From: Octopus bimaculoides | Taxonomy: Eukaryota | Assembly: GCF_001194135.2 (NCBI RefSeq) | Contig: NC_068983.1 | Coordinates: 31,614,721 to 31,678,720 of the forward strand | DNA: 64,000 nucleotides | Direction: 5' to 3' | Shown here: positions 27,851 to 43,082 of the stretch, piece after piece | Layout: every line of letters begins with the position of its first letter | How positions within the stretch are numbered: the first letter of the stretch is position 1 | Program-made: the position numbers and the translations under genes | Notes under the pieces: model-generated | What the model saw: only the letters and a program-made list of their open reading frames with translations | The model's database searches: none | Told to the model about the DNA's origin: nothing

Positions 27851-30800
27851 TGATGGCAGAAAAGAATATATCAAGGTCAGTATGTTAGTGGAACTCATAT
27901 TTTAGAGAAAATAAACAAGATACATGGTAACTTGACTTGCTAGACATAGAAGCTAAATCTCCAGTAGGAGAAAACAGTTGATAATTCCCGATATTTGATT
28001 GATACTTTTATCAAATCCAGATGAATGAAAGACAAAGTTGACCCATGTGGAAGTTGACATAGAGATGTAATATAATACCCGTCTTTCTGGCTGTCACCCT
28101 CCAATTCTGACCCCTTACCACTCTTAATAGTCATGGTTGATTTCTGATGCAAAGCTACATTTTTCAAGTTGAGGTACAGTTAGTTAGCTTCTCTAGTTGT
28201 AAGATGAAGGGTGATAATTGAAAATAACTTCTATTATTATCAGTCCTATTTTTTCTATAAAAACTATGCGGTCATAATTCTTCTTCAGTATTATTTTTTT
28301 ACAGCCCTTTTTTAATAATGATCACTGTCATGGTCAGAAGAGAACAGTACTTTCAAATATTGAGAGAAGGAGAACAAGTGTTACAGAGAGCAACAGATGT
28401 AACTATGATGTGTAATGTGGAGTTACTTGAACTGAACCTAATACTTGACTGGTAATTAATTTAGTCAATTGCAAAGGGATGACAAGCAGTGTCAACCCAA
28501 ATCTGAACTTTAAAATAAAAAAGGGACATAACTAAATACAGATTCTGCAATCCATCACTCAACACAGATAATCAATAAATGATAAACAAATCAAGTTCTC
28601 ACACATAGATACAAGACTATGGACGTTTATGGGAGAGTTATAGGCAACTAAAAGAACTTCAATGCTGGCTCAGTATATATTTTATCAACCCTAGTAGGAT
28701 TTGAACTCATTATAAAGAGGGAATTACTAAATATTGTTTCTTTTACTACACTACATAATAATGATATTCGATTTCTTTATTTTGCAAACAAAGGCAATAA
28801 AAAGAAATGATAGCATAAAAAAAAATGTAGAAAAAATGCAATCTATGAGGCTCTTGGAACTAAATCAGGTGACAAGAAAAAACTGAAGGAGTATCTGGTT
28901 CTCAAGCAAAAGATAAAATTGGTCAAGATAAATAAAAAAAAGAGTGGAATAGCTGCAGTAACCCAGGTTGAATTTGAATGAAAAGGGATACAAATAAGAC
29001 ATGTAATCTTGTGCTCTAGTATTTCTGCCATTCTATTACCTATAGTATATAATTCACACTCTACAATAATTTCTAATTTAGGAACAAAGCCAATAATTTT
29101 AAGAGGAGAAGTTAGTCAATAATACTGACCATCCATCTCATGCCATCACTGAAAACAGATTTTAAATGTCATGATGAAGATGATGATAACTGACCCTAAT
29201 ACTCAACTGGTACTTTATTTTGCTGATCTCAGAAGGATAAAAAGCAAAGTTAACTTTGGCAAGATATGAATTCAGAATGTAAAGAACTGCAAATACAGCT
29301 ATGCATCTTGTCTGAAGCTCTAATAGTTTTGCCAATTCTCCACCCTTCCCATAGGCACAAGGCCTCACATCTGGCAGAGAGATTATTCAGATAAATCAAT
29401 AACTAGCACTGTTTTATTGACCTTAATTATAATAACACTGACAGATGCAATAACATACATTTTGAAAAAGAAAGAATTTTACAAATAAACGTCATCACTA
29501 ACATCATTGTCTACATACTCATTTTTTTAATGCTAGTGCAGATGGCAATCCAGTATTTCTAAACAAACGTAGTTCTGCATTAATGCAATTTACATTTTTT
29601 TTTTTTTTTTATGTAAAAAGATGTATGTCTATTAATGTCATCACTGAAGAATGAAACTTGTTCCCATCTAACAAATAAATTTACTGAAATTGATGACATA
29701 TATGTGACTTCAAAATATAGTGTTCAAATAGCAATAACTATTCTTAAGTTAACTCTTACTGGCCTATGGTAATTGCTTACTGTTTGAAACAAATTTCACA
29801 TTTGGTTGTGGACCATTATAAAATGTGTAAAAGGACTTGTACACAAAAACACACACACAAGAAAGAGGGAGCAAAATGCTCTGGAATTTATGTGTGACAG
29901 AAATCAAACAAAATATGTTTGATCGTTTCGTGATCAAGTTGCATAACTTCCTATGTGACAGTGGAAGGGACGTAACTCTCATAATGATATTGGCATTAGG
30001 TCATAAATTTGTAAGGAACAATGACAGCCAATCCAGTATACTACTATTTATTTTGTAAATCCTAGTGAGCTGAAAGGCCATGTCGATCCCAACAGATTTT
30101 GAACTCTGAGTGAAAAGGATGTAACTGAATACTCTAATTAATTTTTCCATTCCACTGCCTCCTTGTTTATTTTTTTAGTTGCTGGGTTTGGAAGAGGGTA
30201 CAGTACCAATGGTTGTCACAGGCCCAACAAGACCAGTGAAATTAATGCTACTGAAGATCCTTTTGAACTATTACAAGTCAATATCTATGAGAAAAAATAT
30301 GAACAAAAATATTCCAGAGGTTGATATTCTGAAGAGTTAGAACTAGCTGTAATGGTTAATGTGTAGCCTTGGGAGATTGGGTACAATAAGGGTGATGAGA
30401 AGAAAAGAAAGATAAGTGAGTGAAAAATGTTTGAGTAGAGGTGACATTAGCCCACCTAGTTCCAAGAAGTAGGTGTAGATAAGGCAGAGAGAGGGTACAA
30501 CATGCCTGTGAACCAGAAGCTGAAGTATGACTGTATCTTTATGCTAATTATTTGAATGGTCCCTTTCTGAATGCTGTCTAGGACGTCTATGTACAACAGA
30601 ACAGTGTCCTAAATGTGAGATCAATACTTCATAATGTGTCTCACTTGGGCTTCACAAACTGTCAATTTTTAAGGGGTTAGGTATTTTCTGGCTCTGAAGA
30701 AATAAGCTAATCATTGGGATGCAGTTCTAACTATGTTAAGAATGTGTTTTTATATGAGGATCTCAGAAGAGATCCTCAGCATAGATGAGATTCAACATTT

Positions 30801-32860
30801 GGAGTGATCAAGAGGACTCTATAGTAACATGCTGTTTATGATTAAGGAGAGTGTAATGAAGGTTTTCTTGATATGAAGAGCATTTTTGATAATAGATTAG
30901 AAGAGCAGTAAAATATATTAATACCTCTACATGAAGATCTCAATATGTCAACTTCACATCACTAAAAATTAAATAATATGAATTTTTCCCCATGTTGATA
31001 ATCACTAGTGTCATTGAATATCTGACAGACTAAAAAAATATTTTTGTTTGTTGCTTTTTTTTTTTAATAAAAGGAGGGTCATGATGTTTACTGTTTACCT
31101 ACTAATGACAGGGTCATAAGACTCACCACCATAGCAATTATGTTATGTTTTTGAACTAAGTTTATAACAATGCTGGCCCTAATGGAGCAGACCTACGATG
31201 AAAGGCATTCAAACTATGATCATCCTGTCTTTTGGGATATTTAAGAATAGATTATTCAACATGTGTTTCTTGTTCTTTTTTTCATTACCAGATAGGGGGA
31301 TTCTTGGTTGCAGTTACTAGCAGGTTGAGTTACTGCATACAAGCTCTCTTGTAGGTGCTTCGCTCTGTTTAGCCAATAAGGACCACAGAGTTCACTCAAG
31401 TGATTACATATCTTTTAATCAATCGCTGTTAATCACACAACCAGCTATGAAAAGAACAATTGTCTGCTCCAATGAAATGAATGCCAACCAGGCTAACATG
31501 AAAAAAAAATGGAAACAAAAACGTTTTAAATATCAATTTTGCAAAAACTAAATAAGAATCTAATAAAATATCAGTCAAAAGAAGGGAAGTAATTCAAAAC
31601 TTTAAAACAAAGAAAAGGAAAGAAAATAAAGTGGTAGGAAAGTTGTAAAATGAAAACTAAAGAAGTAAAGAACAAACTGTATTATTTGTGTTTGAAAAAA
31701 AATTTATTTCCACTTCGAAACTACATACAAACGAAAAAAGAATTCAGTCAATGCTTTGCAAGAATTGGTCATAAAAAAAAAAGAAGAAAGAAAGAAAAAG
31801 AAAAAAAAAAACAGCATTTTTCAACATGGAGTGTTTTAATCAACAGTATAACATTTATAAAGATTTTACTATTTTGCTTATCTTGCTACTTTACTAGATA
31901 TTGGTGACAGCAGAGTCAATAAGCTCTTTGATTGAAAAAAAAAAATGAAGAAAAGGTTTAAGAAAAAAAATGAAAAAGAAAAAGAAAGAAAAAGAAAGCT
32001 CACCCATATTTGGGCATCACTAAACACCAAAACCCAACATCACATAGTGATATTCAGAGATTTTTGTATCGTTTAAATTTTTATTTTGGCATTTTTGGTT
32101 TTTGTCTTTTTTCTTATTTATTTTTTTTTAATTATATAAAGAAAATATAGGGACAGTGTGTACAGGGCAGGGTAGTATTTAGTAATTAATCAGGAGTTAG
32201 TGCAACCAAATCTCATCAAGTTCAAAATAATTTTGTGAGGAAAGAAAGTGATTCTTTCCTCCTCTTTTGACTTAAGGGAGAATTCTAGTTTTAGTTTTGG
32301 AGATATTTCACCTGGCTTTAACAGTTTATAAATTTAAAAAGGACCCCAACAACACATCTTTTTATGAGTGTGCATGTGTGATAACTGTATATTATTCCTG
32401 TTTTACCATAAAAAATTTAGGAAGGGAGGGGAACAGAAATTATCCAATTTTTTTTTATTTTCACTTGTTATAACTATGTGTGCATACATATGTATATATA
32501 TTTACACAAACATTTGTGCACAGGAATACACAAGGGTAAATATACATACACAAATACAGAAATTTCTCAGGGAAAACTTCCTCAAAAGTATACACAGCTA
32601 GTTGGCTAGTACCCAACCACTCTATGCCTGTCTCTCTCAACATTTTTCCTCAGACATTTTTCCAGTCATAAAGAATTTAAATAATGAATATGCATTCATC
32701 TTGCTGTAATTTGTGGACATCATGTATAAAAAAAAAATCAAATCCAATTTCTATTCTTCAATGATCACTTTTATTCAAATCAAAATTTTATATTTGAACT
32801 GGTTTCAATTTTTACCTTTCTTTCAAATACCCATTTAAAAAAATTAGCCACTTTAGCCCA

Positions 32861-32897
<37 letters not shown>

Positions 32898-34096
32898 TTA
32901 TATTATAAAAATATATTTTTTTTTCAGTTGAAAGTATCGCATATTGCATAATTTTGTAGAAATATTATTTCAATTTATACAGCATTTATTTATTATTATC
33001 ATGAAAATGCTTTATTTATTTATTTTTTTATTATTTATACTCAATTTCTTATTCAATCTGGACATTTTTAAAATGGATGAAATGTGATACTGACAAAGGA
33101 CTGGATGGAAAATAATACATGAAGCTCTTTGAAGAAATAACATTCTTTAAAACAATAGTAAAATAAGGAATGTATAAGAATTTATAAAAATAGAAGCAAA
33201 ACAGAAGAAAATTAAGTAAAGAAGAAAAAATAACAATATTGTTAGCTATCAAAATATTATTTACTTTAACAAATCTACAATTTGGTTGAGAATCAACATT
33301 TAACACATTATTATGTTTATAATTTTAGTGATTGAATGAAATTCCACATACGAGAAAGGGCAAATGCTGACATTAGCTAAGCAGAATGTGAAACAAATAG
33401 TTATGTCGAATTGTTTATTTATAAAACAAATATCTATTCTGTTCTGTTTAACTACACATCTGATATTTGGAAAGAGGTCATGTTCAGTATATTACTAAAT
33501 ATTATTAGTTTTAAAGCCTACCAAAGTTCATTCTAGCCTTTCATTTCAGTGATAGAAATTAACAAAAAGAAGAATTCTAATTTTTTCTTGTACCAATCAA
33601 CTGTCTCACTTTCTCTTCCCTACTCCCTTTACAACAGACATTGTGGCTAGCATAAATGAAGATAAGAACAAGAAGAAAACTCATATGCTGATCAATAATG
33701 CCAAAATTCTGGCTGCCTTGTTTACACTAACTCAGACAAAATACAAAGCAGTGACTATAAAATGATGACTATAAAATAGTAAGTTGCACAGCAAACTGGA
33801 TGAAACACAAACACTGAATGAAAACTTTTAACAGTGTAGACCAGACTAGGATTGGCTACAACTATAACAAAATCACATACAAGCCAAAATACAGTTGGAT
33901 AAATCAATAGGATAGTGAACAAACCAAGAAAATGATAGCTTATATCCTTTTCCTTAACAACTGCATTGTCTTTGGCCAACACACTACTTAGCTCACAAAC
34001 AGCATAGTTACCTAGATGTGAGCAGGTAGCAAACTCATAAGATTCAAAGACTTCATTAGCTTACAGCATGGTTTAACACCTGCATATTCTATCATG

Positions 34097-34395
34097 GGGT
34101 GTATGATTCAGTGGTTAGAGCATCAGGCTCACAATCATTGGGCTGTGTATTGTCTTTGAGCAACACACTTTATTTAATACTTCTCCAGTTCAGTCAACTG
34201 TACAAATGAGTTACGTCACTGATACCAAGTTGTATTGGCCTTTGCCTTTCCCTTGGATAACATCAATGGCATGGAGAGGGGAGGTTGGTATGCATGAGTG
34301 AATACTGGTCTTCCTTACCCAGACTTGTGTCTTGAGGGTAACTTTCTAGGTGCAATCCCATGGTCATTCATGACCGAAGGGGGTCTTTATCCTTT
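34097..34395 (+). mobile_element. SINE family B copy
   Basis: Reverse-complement homologue of 24008-24358, with a small internal deletion. Confidence 0.7.
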
Positions 34396-34742
34396 GTTCT
34401 ATCATGAAGTAGAGAAATGTCAAGCTCCCTGCTCTACATTCACTACCATCATACTGTTTAATCCTTTGTAAATAATTGCAGAATTTGGTAAATGCAGAAT
34501 TTGGTGCTTGAGTAATTCATAAAGTATTTTCAATTAATGAAAAAATTTATACATGCATGCAAATAACATTTGGCTGTTCAAACTGGAGAAAGAGTATTAT
34601 TTGAAACCAATTACCTATTATTTGTGAATCTGCAGATAAGATTCTTTTATTGCCTGAAAGCTTACACATAGCAAGAAACTGAGTAGTAATGGAGCACTAT
34701 TCAGTTTCTTCTAAGTAAACTCTTACATATATAAAATACATA

Positions 34743-34784
<42 letters not shown>

Positions 34785-34926
34785 NNNNNNNNNNNNNNNN
34801 NNNNNNNNNNNNNNNNNNNNNNNNNNNNNNNNNNNNNNNNNNNNNNNNNNNNNNNNNNNNNNNNNNNNNNNNNNNNNNNNNNNNNNNNNNNNNNNNNNNN
34901 NNNNNNNNNNNNNNNNNNNNNNNNNN

Positions 34927-34983
<57 letters not shown>

Positions 34984-36361
34984 TGTTATTAAAATTTCAA
35001 ATGAAGCTCAAGTATCTTTTATTACAACAGTATAATAAAGATATAAGTAAACAGAGATCTCTTTCCACTAAGCACAAAGCCAATTCATGGTTTAGGGTTC
35101 ATAGTCAGCACATTAGTAGAAGACATTTTACTCATCTCCAGTAGGATGTCAATTCAGGGTAATATCAGACTTAGCTTTTTACAGGTACAGTGTTTGAGCG
35201 GGTATTGTTACAGCTGAGACACCTGTAATCGTTACTCTGCTTGATTAGAACTGAGCTGAGGCTATAACAACACTGACAGTAGTTGACCCAATTTTTTCTA
35301 TAATCTGAGCATTCCTGTTGGAGAGGCATAGTTGATTTCAACATTGTCAATATATTGTTTATGCACATTTTACTAACATTGCCGATATTGATTTGCAACA
35401 TAGACACAAGGCTACAAAATCCAGTAGAGAACAGTCAATTATATTGACCCTATTATTTGATTGGCACTTAGGTTTGAACCCCTGGAATTCAGAACATACA
35501 GGGATGTAACTAAATACAAGGTATTTTGTTTGCCACTCTACAGATTCTTCCAATCCACTGCTTTATAGTTGAAATATTATTAGCAATTACAAAAACTCAG
35601 GTTACAGAAGAGACCTATAACTTAATAAAATTGGATACAATAGAACCAATTTCTAAAATTTTATATTACAAAATAATTACCATAAAAGATAATGTTATAC
35701 AACAAGTAACTCCTAATCAAGAACAATAAAGTTTAAAAAAATAATTTTCTTTCAATATAAATGGCAGTGAATTAGCAGAATCTTTAAGGCATTAGACCAA
35801 ATGTGGTTTTTGTTCTGGCATTTTACATTCCGAGTCTAAATCTTGCTGATCTTGATTTTTACCCATCATCACTCTGAAGTCAATAAAATAAAAGTTTCAG
35901 TCAAATACTGGAGTGAAAGCCTTTCTCCATTCTTCTATCATGTTTTGGATATTCCACTTGGTCAAAAGTCGGGGATGAGAGGGAATCTGTATTTATTTAC
36001 AACTACATTAGTGAAAGGTATGATGCATGTTGATGTGATATCATACTCAATTGCAAATGAAAGACATATATAATTAGAGCTGACAACTGACTGAAAGACC
36101 TTAATATATCAGTAGAAAGGCAGAAAAACCCTATATTAAATTGAGCACCTTACTGTTCTGGGTTCAATCCTGCTAGAGACAGTTTTAATTTTTGTTTCAT
36201 AGGAAGCAGGGATTCAATAAAATGAAGTACCAGTAATATATTGCTTGAATAAGTTGACAATGCTTTTTGCTCCAAAAAATTATCTTTAACTAGACCCACA
36301 TGCCTTAGCAAACATGTAGGCAAGAATGCACAATCAGTTTTGCAGCAAAATAGTGACTACA

Positions 36362-36512
36362 TCATTTGGCGTTAGGAAGGGCATCCAGCTGTAGAAACTC
36401 TGCCAAATCAGACTGGAGCCTGGTGTTGCCATCCGGTTTCACCAGTCCTCAGTCAAATCGTCCAACCCATGCTAGCATGGAAAGCGGACGTTAAACGATG
36501 ATGATGATGATC
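36362..36512 (+). mobile_element. Young 5'-truncated RTE-type 3' end with (GAT)n tail
   Basis: Nearly identical to 42515-42660 and to the reverse complement of 52855-53000. Confidence 0.8.
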
Positions 36513-38740
36513 ATCTATACTAACTTAACAGCTACAATACACAACAATATAGGCTGGCACTCACACTTACATGTTGGTTTCCCAAATGCTCATGGTCATT
36601 ACAGTGAGCTTAGTTTACACAAACATAAAAGCATTTTTAATGTTAGTGAACTGGAAATTAAATCAAAGGTATGCCCAAGGCCTTAAATTAAGTTAAAGAT
36701 AGCAATAAAACAAGTAGCACTTAAGTTACCAACATTTTGATTATTATCTGGTACATGAAGCTGATCTTCAATATGGCTGATGAACATATCTTGACAACCA
36801 ATCATAGATAAGATCAAATTGTGAAATCAATGCATGTGATATAAATTCATCAGCTAAGATACATATGTGGAGTCTACAAAAAGAGGATAGTACTGTTGTT
36901 ACCATTATTGCTTGCTATATGAAAATACACAGATAGATATCACAGTATGTTGGTAACAATAAATATATCGTTAACACAAAAAAATCACATCAACATTGTT
37001 CTATGATGTCATATTCTGCAAGTTTCACTGAAATTTGAGGGATGTGTGATTCAATTTTCACTATGTGTATTCCTTTTTCTATTTACTCTTGACTCAAGAA
37101 GATAATCAATATATGTTAATACCTCAGGGTGGTGGCAAAATCCTAGCAAGTTAAGTATGGGATGCAGATTCAATTCCAGGTTGAGCCATTTCAATCATTT
37201 GTTTCTCACATCTGCATTATCTGGCCACAATCAAGACAGTGGGGAGAGAGAGATAGTCTCTTCCAAGTTGACTTCCTAACAAGGATTAATAGGATGTTTT
37301 CATTTACATTTCACACACACAAACACACATTGCTCTGTATGTACATGCATGTGTATATACAGATGTGTGTGCATGTGTGTACATGTACACACACACTTGC
37401 ACAGACTAAGAAACGGAGATTTTACCAACTTAACCAAACCGAATAAATATCCAGCACTGATAAAATGTAATAAAATATCTCATGGAAAATGTAATGCTTT
37501 CAGACAAGTTAATATTTTGTTGTAAGAATTAAAGCCACAGGATTTTGTCATGGAACAAAGTTGTCTAAAGATATATAGAGCATGGTTTACACATTGTTGC
37601 AGAATAATAAATATACTTATATATAAACAAAAAATATCGTTATTCACAAAATAACATACCTTAAGCATGAAACTGAAAAGAGGAGGCCTAACAAAGGGTA
37701 TTTCTTTTTATCTGTCTAATATCACTTCATGAAAATATTAGCAGTTAATTCACTATCTTAAATTACATTACTGAACAAAAAAAGAAAAGCATGCTTTATT
37801 ATGGGATAAAATGTGCCAGAAAATATAAAAGCAAGATTACATCAGAGCCTTTGCATTACAACAAATATGACATAATTTGAATTCAAATAATGAACTTCAA
37901 ATTAACATATTAAAATTTTTATTGTTTCTCTGAAAAAATATATAACAACGGACAGATTTAATGACAACTACATTAGCAACAATGACAGAGGAATTGCAGA
38001 ATAGACAAAGGTTAAATGCAATATATCCAATGCTCTTAGATATCTTTGAAATTTAATGCTTAGGTCTGGGCCCTAGCTTCCTGACGTTCAATACAAGAGA
38101 TAAATTTCTCCTAGTTAGGATGTCAATCAATTTTATGTACAATTTCTAAATGATCTGCCATCTAGTTTCAAAATTTAAGTGAACTAAGATACTGTTAAAA
38201 CAAAGTATCCTATCCCAAAACATAATAAAACAAAATAAAGCAGCTAATTTGAAGTCACAGCCATAATCAGTCCAATTACTTATCTATTTTGCTTCTGCTG
38301 GATAAATAAGCTTACACTTTTGATGATATTGAATAGAAAAGAAACCCTTCATTCTTTTGTTAACTAAATCTACTTTAGTGCTGTAAAGCACCAACTACGC
38401 ATCCTCTTTGTCCCCACCTTCTCATCACACATATACACTTCATAGGATCATCTGAATACTATCAAATTAAAGTAACTCAATTTGCACATTCTTACTAAGT
38501 CACCAATTCTGCTCTGACTACTGCTAGCCACAAATGTGCTTCAATTCTCACCCTACTAAAGCAGCTAAGAGGATAACCATTACTAACTTCTTAATTCTTT
38601 ATATAACAAAAACCCGCAACTGCCAAGACCCTCAAGTGATTTATTTGCAACTGCACTTCAGCATTACACTGCAATGCCTACAAGAAACTTTCATGCATTG
38701 ATTGACCTGCAAGCTCTCTGATCTCAAAAATTGCTGGCAG

Positions 38741-38778
<38 letters not shown>

Positions 38779-39399
38779 TACTTATCATTCCTGAACAAAG
38801 ATAGCACTGTAAATAGAACTCTTACTGAAAAAGAGCCATGTTTACTGTGTGCCTTTGTACACACTCAAAATAAACAAAAAGTTAATGTCCAAATTCCTTT
38901 TGCATCATTACCACATACACATAGTTACTAGGTGCAAAAATTTCACCAATCACTCCAAATCAACAAGATATCTAACCCTAGCAATGGCTTTCCAATTTTC
39001 TTCAAACAGTCAATTTCTATCCTCGCCAAAATTTTCAACTTTTCTCTCTGTAGGAATCAACCTTAATGTATGGAAACACACTCTGACTATGCCAAGTACC
39101 ATTCTATAACCCTCACTTCCAATAACTCAAAGGTGATGTAAACAATCATGAACAACCACCTCCATCACTTTCAGTCTCTCTTTTCTCACTGATTTCCAGT
39201 ACAGTTTCTGCAGAGCCAGGTCGAACAGAGACTCGCTTTGCTATGTTATATAACAGTAGGTACCAATGTGGGTCAACATCACTAAAATCTGGGATCAGAA
39301 ATACCAATTTAAGCTGCCTATGGATTTCCTACATATCTCAAATCAGGAAAATACTGTCAAAGTGTTCCTTGGTACCTTGCACTAATGGGATCCCTCCAG

Positions 39400-40150
39400 C
39401 TCATTCTATCAACTATGGGTAACCTGTAAGTTATTATATTATGTCTTTCACATGCTTACTTCCTGCTCCTTAAAGGTAGCAACAAGTATGTCACTACCAC
39501 GGATTAATAACACTTGCTGCTACTTTTAAGTATATAAACTCCTACATCGATGATACTGCAGTTCACTTCTTTTTAACTTTCAACATCATCCATATGACAC
39601 CCCATGTCAGATATGAACTACCCTCTTTCAGCAACACTCAGCAATTACATATACCAACTTAAGACTCTCTCTTCTTATACATGAACAATTCAGATGGTCT
39701 CTCATGGTGACATCACACAGCCAAACTGCTTTAGAGTCATATAAAATCCCAATTTTACAAAACTCAAATGCATCTACATTATAGCACAATGCACAAATCT
39801 GGAATAGTTCTGCTGTGACATACACAAACAGATACCATGTCCAACTAAAAGTCATTCAGTTGATTGGTGGAAATTCTCTTACCAAAATGCTACAACTACT
39901 AGTGTATAGATATGTTGCTGTTTCATTCTTTCTTTTATTACTACTACTACAGTCTCTGTTATTCTGAAATAGCAAGCTATATACTACATCTATCCACTGA
40001 TTCACTCAACCCTCCTCTTCCTGTCCTCCCTACCAAAATACTGCACTCATCAAGAATTCTCTTGTTACCAATGTTTTTCCTGCAGATGTTGACCTACAAA
40101 AGTCTAAACTGGACACAAATTATGTCCATCTCACCACTCCGTGAAGGACT
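39400..40150 (+). mobile_element. Decayed CR1/L2-group LINE RT fragment
   Basis: NSYIDDTAVHF (a YADD-like motif) at about 39540, then IWNSSAVTYT. Confidence 0.4.
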
Positions 40151-40322
40151 ACAAATGTCATGAATGCTGCTTCTCTTCTACTGACTGATTTTAGAAAATG
40201 TGTTATTACCAGTAGTCAAATTAAAGTAGTAATGATTCATTGCTCTTTATACTTGTGTGGAATTTCATTAATGCAAAATATAAATGGCCAAAATATGTGA
40301 CAAAAATATATAAAAAGCATAC

Positions 40323-40353
<31 letters not shown>

Positions 40354-40361
40354 TAATCCTT

Positions 40362-40572
40362 TCTACTATAGGCACAAGGCCTGAAATTTGGTGGAGGGGA
40401 TAAGTTGATTACATTGACCCCAGTGCTCAAATGGTACTTATTTTATCAGCCCCGAAAGGATGAAAAGCAAAGTTAACCTCAGCAGAATTTCAACTAAGGA
40501 TGTGAAAAGCCAGAACAAATGTTGCTCAGTATCTTGTCCAACATGTTAACTATTCAGCTAGCTCACCACCAC
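40362..40572 (-). mobile_element. SINE family A copy with (AAT)n tail
   Basis: Full core, close to the apparent family consensus. Confidence 0.85.
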
Positions 40573-40573
40573 C

Positions 40574-40622
<49 letters not shown>

Positions 40623-40843
40623 CAACAATAATTTTGTACACCAGCACAAAGTCACACATTTGTAAAGGAGGGAATAACTCCATTAGTTTCCTAGTATTTG
40701 TTTTATGAATCTCTGATAAAAGAGTTGAAACATTAAGTAGACCTTGCAGCTTAGAAAGTCAGAATGTAGAGTGATATAACTAAATACTACAAGGCAGCCA
40801 ATATAGCACTTAAACCATTTCTGCCACTCTACTACCTTGTACA

Positions 40844-40898
<55 letters not shown>

Positions 40899-42096
40899 TA
40901 CAATGATAATAATACTAATGAGCTTTATTTTCTGTATCTGTTATGGTTCTAACACCCAAACTAGTTCATTATTTTGAATCAGTATTTTAAAATTTAGTCG
41001 CCAAATAAATCATGATTAACTGAACGTTTATATATGCATATACAAAGAATATGAAACAACATATATCAGAGAGGTGCTAATATAAAAAAAATGTGAGGGA
41101 AAATGTGTTCCCTAATACTTTCTCATTTGTCAGGCTTTTAGACTGTATGTAAGTTTTATGTCTCTATATTTATGTACATTTCCACTACATAAAATCACAA
41201 CTTTATAACTGTATAGTATTGTTGTTGTTCAACCCAAGATTGGCTCTGAACAAGTGGACTTATGATTAAAGGCATTTTAGCTAGATTTGGCTGCTATTTC
41301 TAACAATTTCATAGAGGTGCCCCTCATCACTTCTTTGGATCTCTTCTTGGGTGCAAGTTATATATATTGAGTTTGGTGAATTTTATTAACTGATTTATCA
41401 TACCAACACATCACAGATTACTTTAGAGCTTTTCTTTCTTTTCTTTTTTTTTTTTTTTTTTGAGGGGTGAGGGCTCTTTGATAATTGTGTATGAGAGCTT
41501 GTGTTTATTTGTATAACAATTAAATCACTAGTTTCCATGGATTAGTTTGTACTCTTGATAATTATGTGTCTGGATTGAAATAAAAGCATGAAACCAAACA
41601 GAACTAAAGTTAATATCACTTAACACCAAAGGCACAGCTATGTGAAAAACAGTTCACTTCACAACTATATGGTTTCAGGTTCAATCCCATGGCACTACTC
41701 TTGGACAAGTGATTTCTACCATTTACCTCAGCTCAATGGAAAACTAATGAGTGAAATTTGGTAGATGAAAACTGTGTAGAAGCTCATCGAGGGGACCATT
41801 TCTGTTCTTGAGCAGTACACTTAATCCATCAACCAGTCTAACATAATTTGGTTCTTGGACACCTTTAACTGGGTTGCAAATATTCAGATCAGATCTCAGA
41901 TCTGTGACAGACATTCTCCCAACCTTCCACTACTCAAGGAAGTCCTGAAAAATATTATAAGTACTATTTTTCCTCTAACTAAACACAAAAAAAAATTTCA
42001 TCCAAAATAAATACTATTAAATTCTATATTCATACCTACCATACACATACAAACGCATACCACGATTCAGTTAATTTTTGTTCTCAGAAGATAATA

Positions 42097-42156
<60 letters not shown>

Positions 42157-42159
42157 GTA

Positions 42160-42645
42160 ATGGTTTCAAATTTTGGAACAGGGCCAGCAGTTTTTGAGGA
42201 GAGGGGGAAGTCAAATGCATCAACCCCAGTACTTGACTGGTACTTATTCTATTGATCCCAAAAGGATGAAAGGCAAAGTCAACCCTGACAGAGTTTCATC
42301 TCAGATCATAAACATAGACAAAAATACTGCTAAGCATTTTGTCTGGTGTGCTAACATTTCTTCCACGAGCGAGATCGTTGCTAGTGCCCCTGGACTGGCT
42401 CCTGTGCAGGTGGCACATAAGATACACCATTTTCAGCATGGCCGTTGCCAGTACCACCTGACTGGCCTTTGTGCCGGTGGCATGTAAAAGCACCCACTAC
42501 ACTCTCGGAGTGATTGGCGTTAGGAAGGGCATCCAGCTGTAGAAACTCTGCCAAATCAGATTGGAGCCTGGTGTAGCCATCTGGTTTCACCAGTCCTCAG
42601 TCAAATCGTCCAACCCATGCTAGCATGGAAAGCAGGACGTTAAAC

Positions 42646-42676
<31 letters not shown>

Positions 42677-42867
42677 CTACCTTATTTGGCACAAGGCCAA
42701 CATTTTTTAGGTTAAGTGGTAATTCGATTTCATTGACCCCAAGGCTCAACTGGTAATTATTTGATCAACCCCAAAAGGTGAAAGGTAAAGTTGACCTCGG
42801 TGGCATTTGAACTCATTTTAACTGATGCAGTAACAACCTGCCAGCTCACTGCCTTAGTAATAATAAC

Positions 42868-42904
<37 letters not shown>

Positions 42905-43082
42905 TTCCTTTCTACTCTAGGCACAAGGCCCGAAATTTAAGGGAAAGGGACTAGTAGATTACATTGACCCCAGTGTGTCACTGGTATTTAATTTATCAAC
43001 TTGAAAGGATGAAAGGCAAAAAGTTTGAACTCAAAACAAAGATGGACAAAATGCCATGAAACATTTTGCCCAGCGTGCTGCT
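42160..43082 (-). mobile_element. Three tandem SINE A copies with a nested plus-strand RTE-type 3' end (42365-42677)
   Basis: Cores at 42160, 42680 and 42905. The RTE tail interrupts the head of the first SINE. Confidence 0.75.

Noticed and set aside
30168-30330. Plus-strand acceptor-like site followed by ...TEDPFELLQ
   Set aside because: Wrong strand for the host gene, ends in a stop without a good donor, and lies among decayed LINE-like sequence.
32003-32018. 16-nt microexon-like segment with a GTGAGC donor on minus
   Set aside because: Not frame-preserving, weak acceptor context and no other support.
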